Below, piece after piece: positions 62,464-64,000 of a DNA stretch of 64,000 nt (position 1 is the first letter of the stretch; each line of letters opens with the position of its first letter). A program made the position numbers and the translations under genes. The notes beneath the pieces are model-generated. The model was given only the letters and a program-made list of their open reading frames with translations. It had not been told where the DNA came from and ran no database searches. Origin of the DNA: Lepidodermella squamata (taxonomy: Eukaryota > Animalia > Gastrotricha); NCBI GenBank assembly GCA_047495785.1, contig JBLDXI010000046.1, forward strand, positions 1,550,001 to 1,614,000, read 5' to 3'.

Positions 62464-64000
62464 CAGGGTACTTCATACAGTGATAATTTCATACAAAACC
62501 AGTAGTAACTCGTACATTATTTCCGTGATATTTTCATGACATTTTTCTGATTTTTTCGTGACTTTCTCATACGAAAAAAAATACCAACGAAAATCGTGAT
62601 AATTTCATACTTTATTCTTCTACCAACGAAAATCGTGATAGTTTCTTACTTTATTCTTCTACCAACGAAAATCGTGATAATTTCATACTTTATTTTCTCT
62701 ACAACCCGAAAACAGATTTAACCGTTAATCATCATCTTTATCACCATTATTATCATCTTCACTTTCACCCTCAGGATCAACAAAGTCCAAAGGGGCCAGT
62801 TCGCGAAAGTCTTCTTTCGCCTTTGGCTTCTTCTCCTTGAGTTGAGAAAGCGCATCGGAAAGCGCATCCAAGAACTCAATTGGAGTAAGCTTGTTCTGAT
62901 CGAACTCGTCCCAGCGCAGTTTGATCAAGTTCGATATTTTTGCATAAAGCTTGATTCCGGAGCTAGCCGGCTTGTAGGTGTTTGCGGTGATTTGGTCGAT
63001 AACAACTCGAGAATCGTTTTCTAGCTCGAGCATAGAATTCGGAAAGCGCCAGACATTAGGGTGACTCACTCCAACCTTCGTGTTAATCTTGTTGTTGTTG
63101 CCTTCTGCAAAGTTGTTAGTGCGAAATTCCTTTCGATAAACACAAAATCTCTCCTCGGTTACAACTTTAAACCAATACGAATCGATGTACTCGAAAAATT
63201 TCTTCAAATTTTCGGATTGGTCGATAAGGGGTTGGGCGCCAAACCAGATTAAATCAAAAGCGGGTCTCGTGTGATCCATAGGCAGCAGATGAATGGCCAT
63301 TATACGGCGAACGATGCGATGAATTTCGCCTTCCACCAGAAGATAATCGGTCCATAGACCGTTCTCATGCACCCATTTCAAAACGGCTTGGCAGTAATGA
63401 AAATGACACCCTGCTATGTCGCAGAGGAAAACCAGAGCCAAGGCATTCATCATGCCAAGTTCATAGTCGCAAGTTGTTAGCGGTTGCGTGATTGATGGAA
63501 CTAGATTGAGCATCTCGCCTGAGCTAAGCTGATCGAACCATTTGGCGACGGTTTTCGGCTTCTTCGGTTGACAGCGATCGAAGTGCTGGTAAAGCGTCCG
63601 CTTGCAATTCTCGTAGCAAGGAATAGCAGTGACTAGTTTCGACCGTTCTAAACCATGATCTTCGCCAAAGTCCAACATCTTCCCGACCTTGTCGTTGTAT
63701 ACATCGTGAACAGACTTGCCTTTTTCTGTTCTGATCGCCGATTTTATCCAGTACATAACGACATAGCTCAGGCCGGCGTAGTAGTTCGGAACATCATCGT
63801 GACGACCTTCAACTCCGACGACTTCCGTCCCATCAGCATTCAAGACCAAACCAGCTTTCGAACAACGCATGCAGCGGAAACCACATCGATCATCGATCCA
63901 GTTGTAGAGGTGACCCTTGCTGAACCATACCTTGTTGCCGCGAGTACTGCCTATGAAGTAATTGGGAATCTCTTCAGGCTTTTTCTTCGCCGGAGCGGCT
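62464..64000 (-). mobile_element. MULE transposon (FLYWCH-like N-terminus + MULE transposase), probably internally deleted; extends beyond the window
   Basis: Frame open from the window edge to the stop at 62725: GHLYNW...FRCMRC...H, TCDYELGMMNAL...GCHFHYCQAV, FFEYIDSYW, RTNNFAEGNNNKIN...HPNVWRF. Confidence 0.85.
62582..62712. repeat. 39-bp tandem repeat (~3.3 copies), subterminal to the MULE
   Basis: TACCAACGAAAATCGTGATAATTTCATACTTTATTCTTC starting at 62582, 62621 and 62660. Confidence 0.9.

Noticed and set aside
62582-62712. 39-bp repeats resembling a CRISPR array
   Set aside because: Head-to-tail with no unique spacers, eukaryotic context, and adjacent to a transposase.

Overview
Eukaryotic (invertebrate animal-like) genomic DNA with canonical GT-AG introns, many only ~50-56 nt long, so most ORF-track 'frameshifts' are exon boundaries. 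Gene order: a minus-strand TRIM (RING/B-box/coiled-coil/filamin) gene running off the left edge, then a plus-strand series: GABA-B-like class C GPCR, a divergent Cys-loop channel subunit, an RPS6KC1-like MIT/pseudokinase, alpha-L-fucosidase, a gustatory-receptor-like (7TMIC/GrlHz-like) membrane protein, an orphan single-pass protein, a ~3,400-aa polycystin-1-like channel whose ectodomain carries four fibrinogen domains, and a giant protein built from repeated (CUB)n-legume lectin-EGF modules. The standout observations are (1) an intronless, bacterial-type secreted-protein gene nested in an intron of the Grl-like gene (horizontal-transfer candidate), (2) the fibrinogen-domain polycystin with a degenerate GPS site and a nearby furin motif, and (3) the CUB/L-lectin module array. 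Introns and intergenic DNA carry nested DNA transposons (MULE, hAT and Tc1/mariner-type MITEs), several with readable TIRs and TSDs. All family assignments come from manual motif recognition; no database searches were run.
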